This document shows positions 9,794-22,544 of a DNA stretch of 64,000 nucleotides, piece by piece. Made by a program: the position numbers and the translations under genes. The notes under the pieces are model-generated. The model was not told where the DNA came from, did no database searches, and saw only the letters and a list, made by a program, of their open reading frames with translations. This stretch comes from Nemertoderma westbladi. Its lineage: Eukaryota > Animalia > Xenacoelomorpha. Location of the stretch: contig JAUCBJ010000385.1 in NCBI GenBank assembly GCA_032718475.1, positions 1 through 64,000 on the forward strand. Reading direction: 5' to 3'. Each line of letters starts with the position of its first letter. Position 1 is the first letter of the stretch.

Positions 9794-10630
9794 CGGTCCA
9801 CCTGCGCTGCCGGGCGGGAAGGAAGCGATCTTCTGCTTGAGGACCGCCGGGTAGCAGGTGGGCCGGGGGAGATCGGTGGGAGGGGGAGGGGTTCGGAAGT
9901 CAGCCGGACGGGGGGGATGCTTCCCTCGCAGTTTCTCCAACGTCTCGGGGGTATTCGGCGCGAAGGTGGAGGTGGATGAGGCCAGCCGAATAGCCCCCTT
10001 GACGTCGCCGTCCTCGATCTTCTCAGCGACGGTGGTGGCCAGCCGTTCATCGTCGCTGAGATTGCTTCACCGCTTGCGATGGGATGGTGAATCCGGCTGA
10101 GCCTGCAGGGGGTTGGCGCGGAACTCCCGGATGTTCCCATTGACCTGCGAGGCCAGGGAGTGTTGGTGACGCCCTCCAGCCCGCGCCGGTGCGGGGATAC
10201 ACCGGGCTCTAAAGGTCAGCAGCTTGACCCAGCCGCTGACCTCCTGCGGATCCGCGACAACCGCCTGGAGCAGGTCGGAGAGCAGCTCCGCCAGATTGCA
10301 CCGGGAGGCCTTGTGGACGCGCTTTAACTGCCGGCAGCTGAACGCCTTCAGCAGCGCAGCGACGTCCCCTGAGGTGGAAGGGGCGGCGGTACCGGTACTG
10401 CTAGAGTTCGCCGATGTTGGTGGCGCAGTACCGGTAATGGGTGCGGGAGGGAGCTGCGGGGAGGGCCTCGCTCCGGACCCGGGGCACCGGTGTCTGACGC
10501 TGCCGTGGGCCCGGGCACTCCGCTGGTGGTGACGGAGAAGGCCAACCCGCAGCTGGGGCAGGGAGCTTTAGCGGAGGACGAGGACGTGGAGTTGAGGATG
10601 GAGGAGTTGGAGTCGTCTGGAGTCGTCTGA
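9794..10630 (-). mobile_element. 5' part of the CRE element split by the LTR insertion
   Basis: N-terminal zinc finger CPSC..T.SGV-RAHGSVRHRCPGSG (one missing base near 10515), LKRVHKASR..W.KLLTF. Removing the LTR element and one TSD restores GSAGGPDGLRPQILKDL in frame. Confidence 0.85.
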
Positions 10631-10961
10631 ATATATTAATTGAACTGGTTTTATCGAAATGATAGCCTAAATAATAAATATGGCCGTTTTTAAATTTTAT
10701 CTTCAAATTTATGGATATTTGTGTTATTCGCGCCGTCAAATAAATAGTTATAACTAGATTTTTAATAGGTACCGGTATTTTATTACCAACATATCATGTG
10801 TAAAAAAAAGTAATTTTTCTTCGGCCACTAGGCCAGGGATTACGCACAAAGTCTGACGACTTATTTCCAGTGCGGTCCCCCCAGAACCCAAGGTGGAACC
10901 TGAAAACTGTGTATTAAGATTACTGCGGTAATTTAATTGATAAAATAACTATTTCTTTCAG

Positions 10962-13900
10962 ACTGATTTTGACACCAAACTGAGTACATTGAGGGATAGT
11001 TTGAAGAATGAAACCGAAAAGGAGGAAGATTTGTTGAGAAAACATAGCGACGATCTTATACAACAGTTACGCAAACGTTACGCAACGGACAGGGAGACAG
11101 AGGAAGTCATCCTGAAGAAACGATTAGAAGACAAGTTGGAGGAACTTAAGAAAAGCTATCACGATGAATACAGCAATAGGAAAGCTGCGGAAGACCTTGG
11201 TAAAGCCGACAGGTTGAAAAGCTTTAAGGAAACCATGGATGAAGAGTTTCAGAAAGAGAATAGCAAACTTAGGAAGGAGTTTGAGTTTCGTGTTAAACGG
11301 CTTAGAGAGGAGTTAGAAGTCGCATACAATAAGGAGAAGCTCGATATAGAAAATAACATAAAGAAGAGGAAAACTGAAGATTCGCGACTTCAGGAACAAA
11401 TTGATAAGTTGCACAAGGAAAATGAGGCTGATATCGAGTCGCTTAAAATGGAACTCAAGGATAGACTGGAAAGTAAGAAGCGGAACATCGAGGAAGACAA
11501 TAAGGTAGCTTTGGATAAATTTCGAAGGAATATGGAGAAGGTGTTAGATAATTCCAAAGGTGAAGTCGAAAAGGATTACCAAAAGAAACTGCAGATGTTT
11601 AAAGATTCTCTTGCAGAGGTTCACGATTCGGAAAAGATAAAAGCCGAGAAGAATAAACAGAAGAAACTTGTTGAGAAAAAAGACGCCATTGTGGATGAGA
11701 TAGAATCTCTTAAAATCGTTCTTGGTAAAACTAAAATGGACGTTAATAATAAAAAGGTTAAGTTATTGGAAGACAATCGCAAGGAGATGGACGAGATTAG
11801 GAGACAGCATGAGAAGTCGCTGGTGAAAATCCAGAACGAAGTGCGAATAAAGAGGTTGGAGGTTGACAGAGAGGCTAATAAACGGAGTGATAAAGAGGCC
11901 AAAGAGATGGAGAAAAAAATGGAAGAAAATATGGCGAATCTGCGGAGGACCCACCAAGAGAAAATCGATCGAAAACAGTCGGCTTATGAGGCGAGTGAGA
12001 TGGAGTTGAAGCGGTTGGTTGACGACGTCGAAGAACGTAATAAAGTGGTTGTTGTGTTGAAGGTTGATATTGAGAGAGAGGAAGAGAAGTTGAAGCGACG
12101 GTTGGTTGAGTTAGAACGCGATGGTGAGCTGAAAGAATCGATCCTGAAGCCGAAATCAACTGATTTTGGTAGCGAAGCTGTTCGATTTCGCGACGAATTG
12201 AAACTTCTTCAAGAGCAAGTCAAATTTGAGAAAGAAGCCCTGGGAGAACTGAAGAAAGAGAAGGCTGATTTAACTTCTGTCCGAAGTAAACTTAACGATG
12301 ATAACGTTCTGATTGAAAAGAACCTGCAGAAGCTTAGAATTCGCACCAACGAAGCTTCAACTGATTACAACAATATTAAGGATCGCGTTGATGATAAAGT
12401 TCTAGAAGGAATTGATGAGGCCGATGATGTAATGAAGATGAGTAAGAATTTACTGTTGGTTGAAGCTGATAGCGAGGAAGAAATTAGTGAAGATCTCGTA
12501 GCTAAACTCTCTAGGGATTTATCGATGGGAAAAACTTTATCTGGGTTGGTGAGCACTGGAGATCGTGGCGCAGTTGGTGGCGATAACGCCACAGATGAGC
12601 GCCACTCATCTATCCTGTTCTCTATGCCGCGGGACAGAGATAACGAAAGTATCGCCGCAGAACGCCACATTATCTCCGGCGCCCGGGGGTTTCTCTCTCG
12701 GGAGAAATCGGCGGTTTACGTTGGGGAAGAGGAACTCCGGGACGCTAACCGAGAGCTGCGATTGGACGCCGCACTTTATGATGACGTCACCGCGGGGCCC
12801 TCCGATTGGCGGGAATTACTGAGCGATGTTAAACGGAAACTCGAGTTGCGAGAGTTGGAGTTGGCCAATAGGAAGCAGCTCATTGACTCGGGTGAGCTGC
12901 TATTGGACGAGGAAGAGAGAGCGATAACTAGGGATCAAACGAGACGCTCTGATTGGACGGATGAACTTCTTGATAATGACAGCGTTAGTGGTTTAGGTAA
13001 TCACGTTGGTGCTAAGGTTAATGAAAGCGACCAGGTTATTGATTCCCTATCGGATATTGATGACGTAAGCAACCGTGTAACAGGCTCCGCCCTCCCTCCA
13101 ACCATCCAGTCACACATCAATTCACTGGCTCTCGGGAAACCTTCGTTCTATGCGGCCTTGGAACCTTTAAACCCCAGATTGCAGACGATCATAGATAAAC
13201 TGCGTACTGATAGACCCCCAGCGGACCATGGTGTACAGGATAAATGGATTGGCTACCTTCAGCAGGGGAGGATTGGCGCACCGTACTTACCACGGGATGG
13301 GTGGATAAATACAGGCCCCGCCCCCCAACGACTGACAGCTGATTCGCTGTACATCCCAGTGAAGGATCAGCTTAAAGATATGCCCAACTCGGTGGCCTCA
13401 TTCCATTACAAGCCAATGCCTAGCGATGTTATTGAGGAACAGCTTAAAGAGGCTCGTGATTGGCTGGACAGAAGAGATAGGCAACTCTACCGAAACACCT
13501 CATTGGGCGATCTCACTGCCGATAATTTGGATCTCGTGTGGCAGCCTCTGATTGGTTCACAGCTAACGGAAGCTCCTTCTTACCGACAACCCGAACGACA
13601 CACAAAGGCTGAAGAACGGAGGGAATCTGCAACAGCTGATGGTAGGCCTTCACTCGCTAATGTGGCCGATCGACCTTCAGTCACTGTTACGCATGGTCGG
13701 CCTTCACCACCAGTTATACATGATCGGCCTTCACCACCAGTTACGCATGATGGGCCTTCACCACCAGTTACGCATGATCGGCCTTCACTAACTGTTACGA
13801 CTGATCGGCCTTCAGTCACTGTTACGGCTGATCGGCCTACCCCCAGTAGATTTTTACGACCGTCTCCACTAGACATCCCTACATCAGCTAATCCACCCAT

Positions 13901-14273
13901 CGCCTCTAGTGCTACTCTAAGTGGGACACAGTTTGAGTACCCAGAACTACCGCGCACAGAACTCCATCCACAACATCGACTGCTGACTCGGAGAGAGAGC
14001 GAAACTCAAACAGATGTTTACGTAGAACCGCTGACTCCAACTCGGATGACTGCCCCCTCGATGTCGCCCTCGGTGATTTACTCACCCCAGAGGCGATTCC
14101 GATTGGAACTGGATGACAACAACGAAGTTAAAATCGTCAGGATTAAACCGGCTACTGATGATGTAGAAGAAGTTGATGATATTGAAGAAGTGAATGGTGT
14201 GGAAGAAGTTGACGATGTGTTCCGTGACTCAGAGTTACAGTCAGGGGATGTCAATTTGGAGGAACAACAATGA
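10962..14273 (+). CDS. CEP164: CEP164-like centriolar coiled-coil protein, last large coding exon
   Basis: Acceptor TTTCTTTCAG ending at 10961, in frame with the 1094-aa ORF; long E/K coiled coil; ARGFLSRE..ELLSDVKRKLE..SGELLL and DKWIGYL resemble conserved CEP164 C-terminal blocks. The N-terminal WW-domain exon is not in the window. Confidence 0.6.
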   Translation, partial: TDFDTKLSTLRDSLKNETEKEEDLLRKHSDDLIQQLRKRYATDRETEEVILKKRLEDKLEELKKSYHDEYSNRKAAEDLGKADRLKSFKETMDEEFQKENSKLRKEFEFRVKRLREELEVAYNKEKLDIENNIKKRKTEDSRLQEQIDKLHKENEADIESLKMELKDRLESKKRNIEEDNKVALDKFRRNMEKVLDNSKGEVEKDYQKKLQMFKDSLAEVHDSEKIKAEKNKQKKLVEKKDAIVDEIESLKIVLGKTKMDVNNKKVKLLEDNRKEMDEIRRQHEKSLVKIQNEVRIKRLEVDREANKRSDKEAKEMEKKMEENMANLRRTHQEKIDRKQSAYEASEMELKRLVDDVEERNKVVVVLKVDIEREEEKLKRRLVELERDGELKESILKPKSTDFGSEAVRFRDELKLLQEQVKFEKEALGELKKEKADLTSVRSKLNDDNVLIEKNLQKLRIRTNEASTDYNNIKDRVDDKVLEGIDEADDVMKMSKNLLLVEADSEEEISEDLVAKLSRDLSMGKTLSGLVSTGDRGAVGGDNATDERHSSILFSMPRDRDNESIAAERHIISGARGFLSREKSAVYVGEEELRDANRELRLDAALYDDVTAGPSDWRELLSDVKRKLELRELELANRKQLIDSGELLLDEEERAITRDQTRRSDWTDELLDNDSVSGLGNHVGAKVNESDQVIDSLSDIDDVSNRVTGSALPPTIQSHINSLALGKPSFYAALEPLNPRLQTIIDKLRTDRPPADHGVQDKWIGYLQQGRIGAPYLPRDGWINTGPAPQRLTADSLYIPVKDQLKDMPNSVASFHYKPMPSDVIEEQLKEARDWLDRRDRQLYRNTSLGDLTADNLDLVWQPLIGSQLTEAPSYRQPERHTKAEERRESATADGRPSLANVADRPSVTVTHGRPSPPVIHDRPSPPVTHDGPSPPVTHDRPSLTVTTDRPSVTVTADRPTPSRFLRPSPLDIPTSANPPIASSATLSGTQFEYPELPRTELHPQHRLLTRRESETQTDVYVEPLTPTRMTAPSMSPSVIYSPQRRFRLELDDNNEVKIVRIKPATDDVEEVDDIEEVNGVEEVDDVFRDSELQSGDVNLEEQQ

Positions 14274-14574
14274 ATATTGGATTATTATTATAAATAATAT
14301 TATAATTACCGTTTGTTTTCATAATTTATTTAAATATCAGTATAATAATTTATGTAAAATGTATATAGTGAAATATTAATTACCGGAGGAAAATAAATTG
14401 TAACGGCGCACCCGTTTCCTAAATCAAAACAGACATCCTTAGCATTTATATATTTTAGAAATATATTTAGGACATAATATTCGCGATGGGAAATCAATTA
14501 CAAAAGGAACTATTTGTTTTTTTTTAACTATTTTAGCTACTTTTTACACAATGATGTATAAATAATTATTTATT

Positions 14575-15346
14575 CCTATCTGCTACCTATCTGCTATTAT
14601 CACCTATCTGCTATTATCACCTATCTGCTATTATCACCTACCTGCTATTATCACCTATCTGCTATTATCACCTATCTGCTATTATCACCTATCTGCTATT
14701 ATCACCTATCTGCTATTATCACCTATCTGCTATTATCACCTATCTGCTATTATCACCTATCTGCTATTATCACCTATCTGCTATTATCACCTATCTGCTA
14801 TTATCACCTACCTGCTATTATCACCTATCTGCTATTATCACCTATCTGCTATTATCACCTATCTGCTATTATCACCTATTTGCTATTATCACCTATCTGC
14901 TATTATCACCTATCTGCTATTATCACCTATCTGCTATTATCACCTACCTGCTATTATCACCTATCTGCTATTATCACCTATCTGCTATTATCACCTATCT
15001 GCTATTATCACCTATCTGCTATTATCACCTATCTGCTATTATCACCTATCTGTTATTATCACCTACCTGATATTATCACCTATCTGCTATTATCACCTAT
15101 CTGCTATTATCACCTATCTGCTATTATCACCTATCTGCTATTATCACCTATCTGCTATTATCACCTATCTGCTATTATCACCTACCTGCTATTATCACCT
15201 ATCTGCTATTATCACCTATCTGCTATTATCACCTATCTGCTATTATCACCTATCTGCTATTATCACCTATCTGCTATTATCACCTATCTGCTATTATCAC
15301 CTATCTGCTATTATCACCTATCTGCTATTATCACCTATCTGCTATT
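14575..15346. repeat. 17-bp minisatellite (CACCTATCTGCTATTAT)n, ~45 copies
   Basis: Near-perfect tandem array read directly. Confidence 0.97.
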
Positions 15347-16107
15347 AAGACTTTCATTATTTTAACTCAGATAACATAGCCCATATTATTTATGTTGAGA
15401 GATTAACATTGGGAAGGATAACTAACAAATGGCAGAATACCTCGTCATAATGATAGTAATCTCGCATGATTCACTAAAACATAAAACTTAACAAATAAAA
15501 GGATTTTGGATTGGTTTAGATGCCTTTAACATGTCGTTAGAGTGATTCCCAGTAGAAATAGCGACTAAAATGAAACTTAAGAGGGAAATCACTAATTTAC
15601 TAGAAATAATCACCCCTTTTAGGAGACTGCATATCCAAATTAATTGATAAAATAATTTAAAAAAAATTATTCGCAATTATTAATTTTTTACCTAATTAAC
15701 ATAATTTATGCAATTATTTTAAAATCCAAAGGCTCTTAGATGGATGTTCTTCAAGTTCCCAAAATGTCATCATTTGTGCACAATGGGGACATGAAACGAC
15801 TGTATTACCAGAATTTTAATAAATGCTCATGTTCAAAAATTATTCGAAAAAAATTTGCCGCATTTTTCACATATATACTGTAGTTTGCCTTTTATTACCT
15901 AAATTGACACTTATTGACTAATATTTCAGCAACCAAAAACAAAATGAAAAAATGGTAATAGGGGGTGTCAAGCATCACCCAATCATCATTCACGCCAAAT
16001 TTCATACAAATTCGTTCATTTTTGGATAAGCTTGAATTTTCAACTTGAAATTTATAAATTGCATTCGCCAGAAATTAATGCATTTAAAGTTTATGGTTTT
16101 GGTAATT

Positions 16108-17620
16108 TAATAATAATAATAATAAATCATTCACTTATATCGAGCTTAATCCCATGTATCGGTTCTAAGGCGCTGTTAAATTTCAAGGATTGTGTCCGAA
16201 AAGTTTAGTTTAGATATGAAAAGCCCTATTAAAGAGTTCGGTTTTTAGAAGGCTGCGGAAAGTTCTCAGGTCAGTGGCTGTTCGAGTTCGAAAATTGAGA
16301 CTATTGTAGACTATCTGTATTGAGACTACTGCATAGGTGAATAATCCGGCGCCGAATGTTTTAAGTTTGAAATTTGGTACTTTTAGAGTCCAAAGGAGTT
16401 CCATCCTTGTTGGGATGAAGTTTGGTGTAAGGAGAATTAGGATGTATTTTGGGATTAGAGCATTTATGGCTTGTAGTCGGCTTGGTATGCGATCTTGTTG
16501 TCAATACGGTATCGGACAGGAACCCAATGTAGGCTGCGTCTTGTTATGATGCGTGTGAAAGCATTTTGTGCTAACTGGAGTTGAGTAATGGACTGGTCTG
16601 GCAGACCGTACAATAGGCTGTTGTTAGATCAAGCCGTATGAGCGAGTTTACAAGCTTCCTCGTGTTATCATCAGTTAGGTGACATCTGATTTGTCTGATA
16701 TTACGTAGGTGATAATTGAGAGATGCAGCTGTGGCGGTTATTTGTTGCTCCATGCGAACTTCGCTATCTATCTTGACTAAGTGTTGTTATAGCTGACTGC
16801 GAGACCGAATGACTTTTCCTCCTCGTGGAATTCAGCTCCACGGCCAACAAGTAAAATGTCGGATTTGTCGTCATTTAGTTTTACCTGATCTAAGGTCACC
16901 TTTATCGAATTTACACAATGTTTTATTGACAGTGTCAGTGCCTCATAGTCTAATGACTCAAAAACTAAGTAGAGTTGGTTGTCATTGGCATAGACATGTT
17001 AACCAATCAATGGGTAGTGCATCGCACTGGTAGTTGCTACTGGTAGGCAATAAATAACGAATAATATCGCTCCCAATATGGAACCTTGTGAGGTACTGCA
17101 GACAATAGTCGGATAGCTTTTGATGTCTTACCATTTATAGTCACTACGAATGACCGATCCCGTAGATATGACTCGAACCATTTGTAGACAGGAAGTTCCA
17201 CTTAATCCTATGTACTGAAGTTTTTCAAGTAGAATGTAGTAGTCTACTAAATCTAAGGCACCAAACAGACTGAACAAGTAAGATGAGCGCAGAGAATTTC
17301 CCAGTCTATTAAACGTGTTAAATCATTATGTAAGCGACAAAGAAGGCCTACTGTTTCAACAGAGTGGTGTTTTCAATATCCAGAAACGAATATTGGGATA
17401 TGTTTCTCAGTTTCTAGAAAATCGTAAAGTTACATGCCAATGTGTTTCTTATTGACTTTGGACAGGAATGATAAATTTGAAACTGGTCGGTAGTTTCTGA
17501 AATTGTCTGTTTTTTACTACGTTTTTTAAGCAGAGGCCGAAGAGTTGCTTGTTTACCGTTAGTTGGAAATTCTCCAAGTGTGAGTGATGCTTTCACAATT
17601 TCGTTGAATTTTGTTAATTT
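16108..17620 (-). pseudogene. Degraded L2/CR1-group LINE (RT C-terminus and 3' tail)
   Basis: Fragments SLTLGEFP..KQATLRPLLKK, YHLRNIRQIR.HL...TRKLVNSLI, LKVP..KLKTFG..F..FRSLLKTELFNRAF; (TTA)n tail at ~16108-16124; many frameshifts. Confidence 0.8.
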
Positions 17621-17649
17621 AAATATTAAAATGCAAACTAGCTAAAAAT

Positions 17650-18360
17650 TTTGTTGTAAGGGTTGTCCACGGTGATTTAATTTCTGAAGTCAGGTTTCTC
17701 ATTTAACAGTACCATGCCTGTCTGAATTGCTGTCGATCTGTCAAAATATGACCGGCAGATAAACAGACAGACAATGTGGATGACGTCATACATGAAAGCT
17801 GACATCGGAAATAAAATCACCAACCATGAAAACCCCCATATCAAACTGTTTCCCTAGTTGGTATGGTTTTCTATTAGGCCTACTTTGTCACACAGACAGA
17901 AAAACAAAGAGACAGACATACACCATAGTAGGTTTTGTTAAAAGTAAAAACTGATGTCAGAAATGAATTCAGCGACCAGGGAAACGGTTTTAGCTTGGTG
18001 GTATGATGTCCTTATATTTTGACAGTAAAGTCGTCGGAAAGACAGACAGGCTGACAGGCAGACATAAAGATTTAAAAGTTTTCGTTAAAAGTGAAAACTG
18101 ACGTTTGGATTGAAATCAGCGCCCAGTAAAACCTCCACAACATTTAACTTTTCGCTTGGATGAATGCCTTTGTTATATTTTGATAATTGATGTTAACGAC
18201 ATACTGACTAACAGGGGGTTTTTATGTATGTATTAACTTAACTTAACCTATATTTATATATGTTTTTATTGGGGGTGTAAGACTCCTGTCCTTCCTTCAG
18301 TCCTTTTGTTATATTTTGACAGACAAACTGTCAGAAACACAATCCCAGACAGACAGTTTT
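17650..18360. repeat. Degenerate tandem units with ACAGACAG and AATCAGCGACC-like motifs, possibly Helitron-derived
   Basis: Recurrent GACAGACA tracts and gaaatcagcg/gaattcagcgacc blocks; no termini identified. Confidence 0.3.
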
Positions 18361-18707
18361 CACATACATTTACACAGAGTAAGGTTAACATTGTCGCTCA
18401 TAACTTTTGAACTACATTAGCTGTTAACAAACGGATTGAAGTTTTGAAATCCTCATAAAAATCTGCACCAGGGGAGATTGAAAATGAAAAATCTATTTTT
18501 TCCGAAATTAGTGATTTCCCCGTTAATTATTAGATAGGCTTTTGGGTAACGAGATTATTATTTCACAAAATATCCAAAAGAATTATTTATTATTTAGGTT
18601 CTTTTATAATTAGCCCAAATTCTAGAAAGTTCGATTTGTGTCTATTACAAAATTATTAATTAAATGCCCTAAAATAAATTAAGATTAACACTAACAGGAA
18701 AAAATGT

Positions 18708-19109
18708 TAGTGTTTAAACGGCATCCCGATCCCGAAAAACCGGATCCGGCGAAAAATGCAATCCCGATCCCGACTTTTTTCTGGACCGCGATCCCGAAGA
18801 ATATATAGTTAAGTAAATTTGTTGAACATCTGATAAATAGTTCCAGCCGAACGGAAATGTTTTTGATTAATTTTTATTTCAGTAAACCATCCACTAATTA
18901 ATTCCAAAATAATTTTAATATAACTTTATCTTACTAATATTTTATAATTGTAAAATAAAGTAAGTGTTACCCAAAACCCGCCACCTATACTATTAGCTTT
19001 AAGGAATTTAAACCTTGACAATTGCAATCCCGATCCCGAAAAACGGGATCCCGAGAGTAATAATCCCGATCACGGAAATCCCGAAACGTCTCATCCCGTT
19101 TAAACACTG
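18708..19109. mobile_element. hAT-like MITE
   Basis: Termini TAGTGTTTAAACGG..CCGTTTAAACACTG with subterminal ATCCCG repeats; no intact TSD. A related end fragment occurs at ~44317-44391 and ~53508-53582. Confidence 0.6.
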
Positions 19110-19942
19110 AAGCAACACAGGAATAATTTTGTGAATTCCACTTTCAGAGGAATATTATACTAAATAATCGTTGAACATTTCATTTAATTTCTATACTAAT
19201 TATTATAAACATCAGAGACTAAATTAACTCGGTAACAATTTACGGCACCAAACGCATATTGCGAACATCGAGACATTGAAAATTTAACAATCAATAATTT
19301 ATTTAACAATAAAATAAAGCGCGACAACAGTCGTATAAAGGATGATGATGGTAAACCTAAAAAATTGTACAAAGCTTAAAATTGGTGCAGAGAGAAACTA
19401 TTAAAACTGTATTCCCATTATTCTATAAGAATTATTATCAATACCATTTTGCAGAACTTCTACACTATTTAGTGTAATAGACTGGCTAGAGTTGTTTATG
19501 CCAAAGATAGGATAAATTGTACAGGTTTGACGTCACCTGCGGTGTCAATCACCAACTAATCTGGTGGGTTGTATCTGCAGGGTGATGAGAAGCTGGATAT
19601 TATGGGATTGGCAAGTTATTGTTTTTTTAAATCAGATTTGGAATGTTTTTTCGAAGGTTACAGTGTAGTGGCGAGTTCAACCTATTTAAATAACCGCAAA
19701 CCTAAGACATAACCATATTAATTTAGCGGAATTTATTACACAGCTAAACAATATTAATGTGAATAATTACCAAAAAAAACTTTCAACCAAATCCTTTCAG
19801 AGCGATTTTTTGGATTTTTCTTTATATAAATTATTTATGTAGAATAAAATTTGTTTAAAATAAGTTTTCTCTGTTCCTATTTTTTGCTTTGTACAATAAT
19901 TTTAGATTAAAAAGTTAACTGAACCCCATGTTGAGTCGGTAT

Positions 19943-21247
19943 TTATTGTCTCTGGGACAGGAAGTCCAGTCTGATTGAGCAGTAGACGTAAGGGAAATAC
20001 TCCCCAACATTCATAGATACACCGGGGACTGGCGTATCGAAGAGGTCGACGGCCCCCGAACCCCCGCCGCTGTCGAGATGAGAGAACATCTGTTTGAGTC
20101 CGTCGCGCAGCCGTTTCTGGGCCTTCCGATGGGGCAGCAGAAGGATCGCCTGGAAGTTAACCGGGAGACCGTAGCGCAGCACCGATTCTACGAACACTCG
20201 GATCGCTTTGATGTGGATCCAGGCCTGGAATGTCTCCGAGAAGTTGACCTTCAGCCACCGGACCAGCGGCCCGTATTGCTTCTTTTTATCGCCCTGAAGT
20301 TTCGTTATGTCGTTACGACCTGAATATTTAATGTTGCAATAATATTAATAAGAAGAACTAATAAGAAAATATGTTCATGAATTATTTCACGTGAAATTAT
20401 TCCAGTCTTTGAATGAAATTAAACCCTAAATGCTAAATATCAACTAACCTTTAGACAGAACCTCCTCATTGTAGGCAAAGTCTCTCACCAAGAACTTCGC
20501 CTCCCTGGCCTTGTGCTTAAACTCGTCAACTGCGCGACTGAACAAACTCACGGTGTTCAAACAATGCTCGTTGTCGGAGAACACCATCCGAGAGGAACGC
20601 GGAACAATCATATCGGTGAGCTTCTCATAGCGTTCCTCCCAGTCGCGTTGCGAGACTACCGGTACAACAACCAGCAGGGTCACTATGTACTCGGAGTCCA
20701 GTATAAAGTGCTCCTTCTTTACTAAATCCCCGAGGTTTCTAGTAAGCAGACTGCCTGTCTGCTTCCGCTCTAGACTCTGTAAGTTACTCTTTAGATTGTT
20801 ATACGCCTGGGATTTCGTTTTTAAATCACCTTCGATCTGAGACATTTGCTTAGAAATTACTTCGGAAATATTTTTAATATTTTGTTTAATAGGGTATTTC
20901 GCGAGATCCCACTGGAAATTCTGCAGATACATCGCCATGTCCTGCCCCTGTACCTTGAGGTTCTCCACTAGTTTATCGCTTTGATCTTCCAACACGTCCC
21001 GCGTGTACTGGACGACCTTCCGTGTAACGCTCTCCGTGAAGGCGTCCAGTTTGGTTAGCTCGTCGGACGAGCTCATTAGGGCGTCCAGCGTACCCACTTT
21101 TAGGTCGGGAATGTTGAACTTCGTGATGGTTGCGAGTCCCGGGTTACCGGTACCGAATGCGGTCGTTACTTTGTCGTAAGTTTGTTCCTTCGTTTTATCG
21201 CCTGGCGCCGAAATTAACCAAAATTCCAATTCCATCATGGTAGACAT
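19943..21247 (-). CDS. ATP6V1C: V-type proton ATPase subunit C; exons 21247-20449 and 20319-19943 (391 aa)
   Basis: [57 protein letters not shown]. The GT-AG intron 20448-20320 joins in frame (..[11 protein letters not shown]..). Confidence 0.96.
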
Positions 21248-21692
21248 TTTTAAATGTTGTCAAATTATTAAATAGCCTACCGTAGGCGTAGGCCTTTTTC
21301 AGTATTTAGCGGCGATATAGGCCTACAGATATACCGGTATATTTAGGAATTTTGTTATCAGATTTTACCGAAATCCAATACAGCAATATACAGATATGTA
21401 GACCTAATATAATAGATATAATAGGCCTACCTGTATATACTGATATATCTACAGTACCTGTGACGGGATCAGGGATCCCGACCGGGTAGGTTGTTTATTT
21501 TTATTTTATTATATTTTATTAGAAAGCGTTCAAAGTTTGATGTTGTTTCTTTGCGTTGTAATATACTGCATACTGATATATAATAATAATAACACAATAA
21601 TATATGATGGCAGATAAGTGTTTACGATTGGTACCGGTAATAGTCAATATTGCTGACAGCCGATGTTGATGACGGTGAAACAATATTACCGG

Positions 21693-22544
21693 TGTCACAA
21701 GGAAATCAGCCCCCCCTAGAATATGCCCCCCGGGGCATTATTTCCTAGGATATTATGTCCCCCCGGGCAATTTTTCCTAGGAAATTTAGCCGGGGGGCAT
21801 TTTCTCCTTAGGAAATAATGCCTCCCCTCAGGAAAATTAGCCCCCCTCAAAAGTCTGCAAACTGGTACGATACCGGTCTGCTGGTAGCCACTTTTAATCT
21901 ACCAACTGCAGAACTTGTAATAGTTGGAAGAATAGTACGGTACCGGTCTGCCAGTAGGCAGTAGGTAAGCAGGTAAGGCAGTAAGGGATGTAGAACAGCA
22001 TACTGAAGTATCTAAGTCAGTAGGCTACTGTAGTAAGTACTGGTATAACAGCAGTGCGAGTGTGTGGTGTTGTGTGGGCGCCGAGCAGCTCCAAGCTTTT
22101 TTAAGTCTGTAACCTGCTCCTTTCCCTGATTTGGTAAAGTGATTGTTTATTGTTTTGGTTAGAAAATCCCGCCTCTGTAACCTGCTCCTTTCTCTCAATT
22201 GGTAATGTTATCGTTTATTGTTTTGGTTAGAAAATCCCGCCTCTGTAACCTGCTCCTTTCCCTCAATTAGTTAAATGATCGTTTATTGTTTTGGTTTGAA
22301 AGGCATGCCTCTGTAACCTGCTCCTTTCCTTCATTTGGTAAAGTGACTGTTTATTGTTTTGTATAATTTTTGTAAGTTTTAGTAGTAATAAGTTTTGTTT
22401 ATTGTATAATTCAGGGGGGCATAATTTCCTAAGGGGGGGGGGGCATTTTTTCCTAGGGAAATTTGCCCGGGGGGGGGCATTTTTTCCTAGGAAAATATGC
22501 CCCCCCCGGGCACATTTCCCGGGGGGGCATATTTTCCTGTTACA
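21693..22544. mobile_element. Non-autonomous Ginger1-like DNA transposon inside the LTR of element 2
   Basis: TGT..ACA termini, 4-bp TSD CCGG (21689-21692, 22545-22548), ~150-bp imperfect TIRs built of CCTAGGAAA/poly-C subrepeats, internal ~60-bp minisatellite. Confidence 0.7.

Noticed and set aside
14880-15365. 161-aa hydrophobic ORF
   Set aside because: Translation of the 17-bp minisatellite.
15347-16090. Possible non-autonomous DNA transposon after the 17-bp satellite
   Set aside because: No convincing TIR pair or TSD could be defined by eye.
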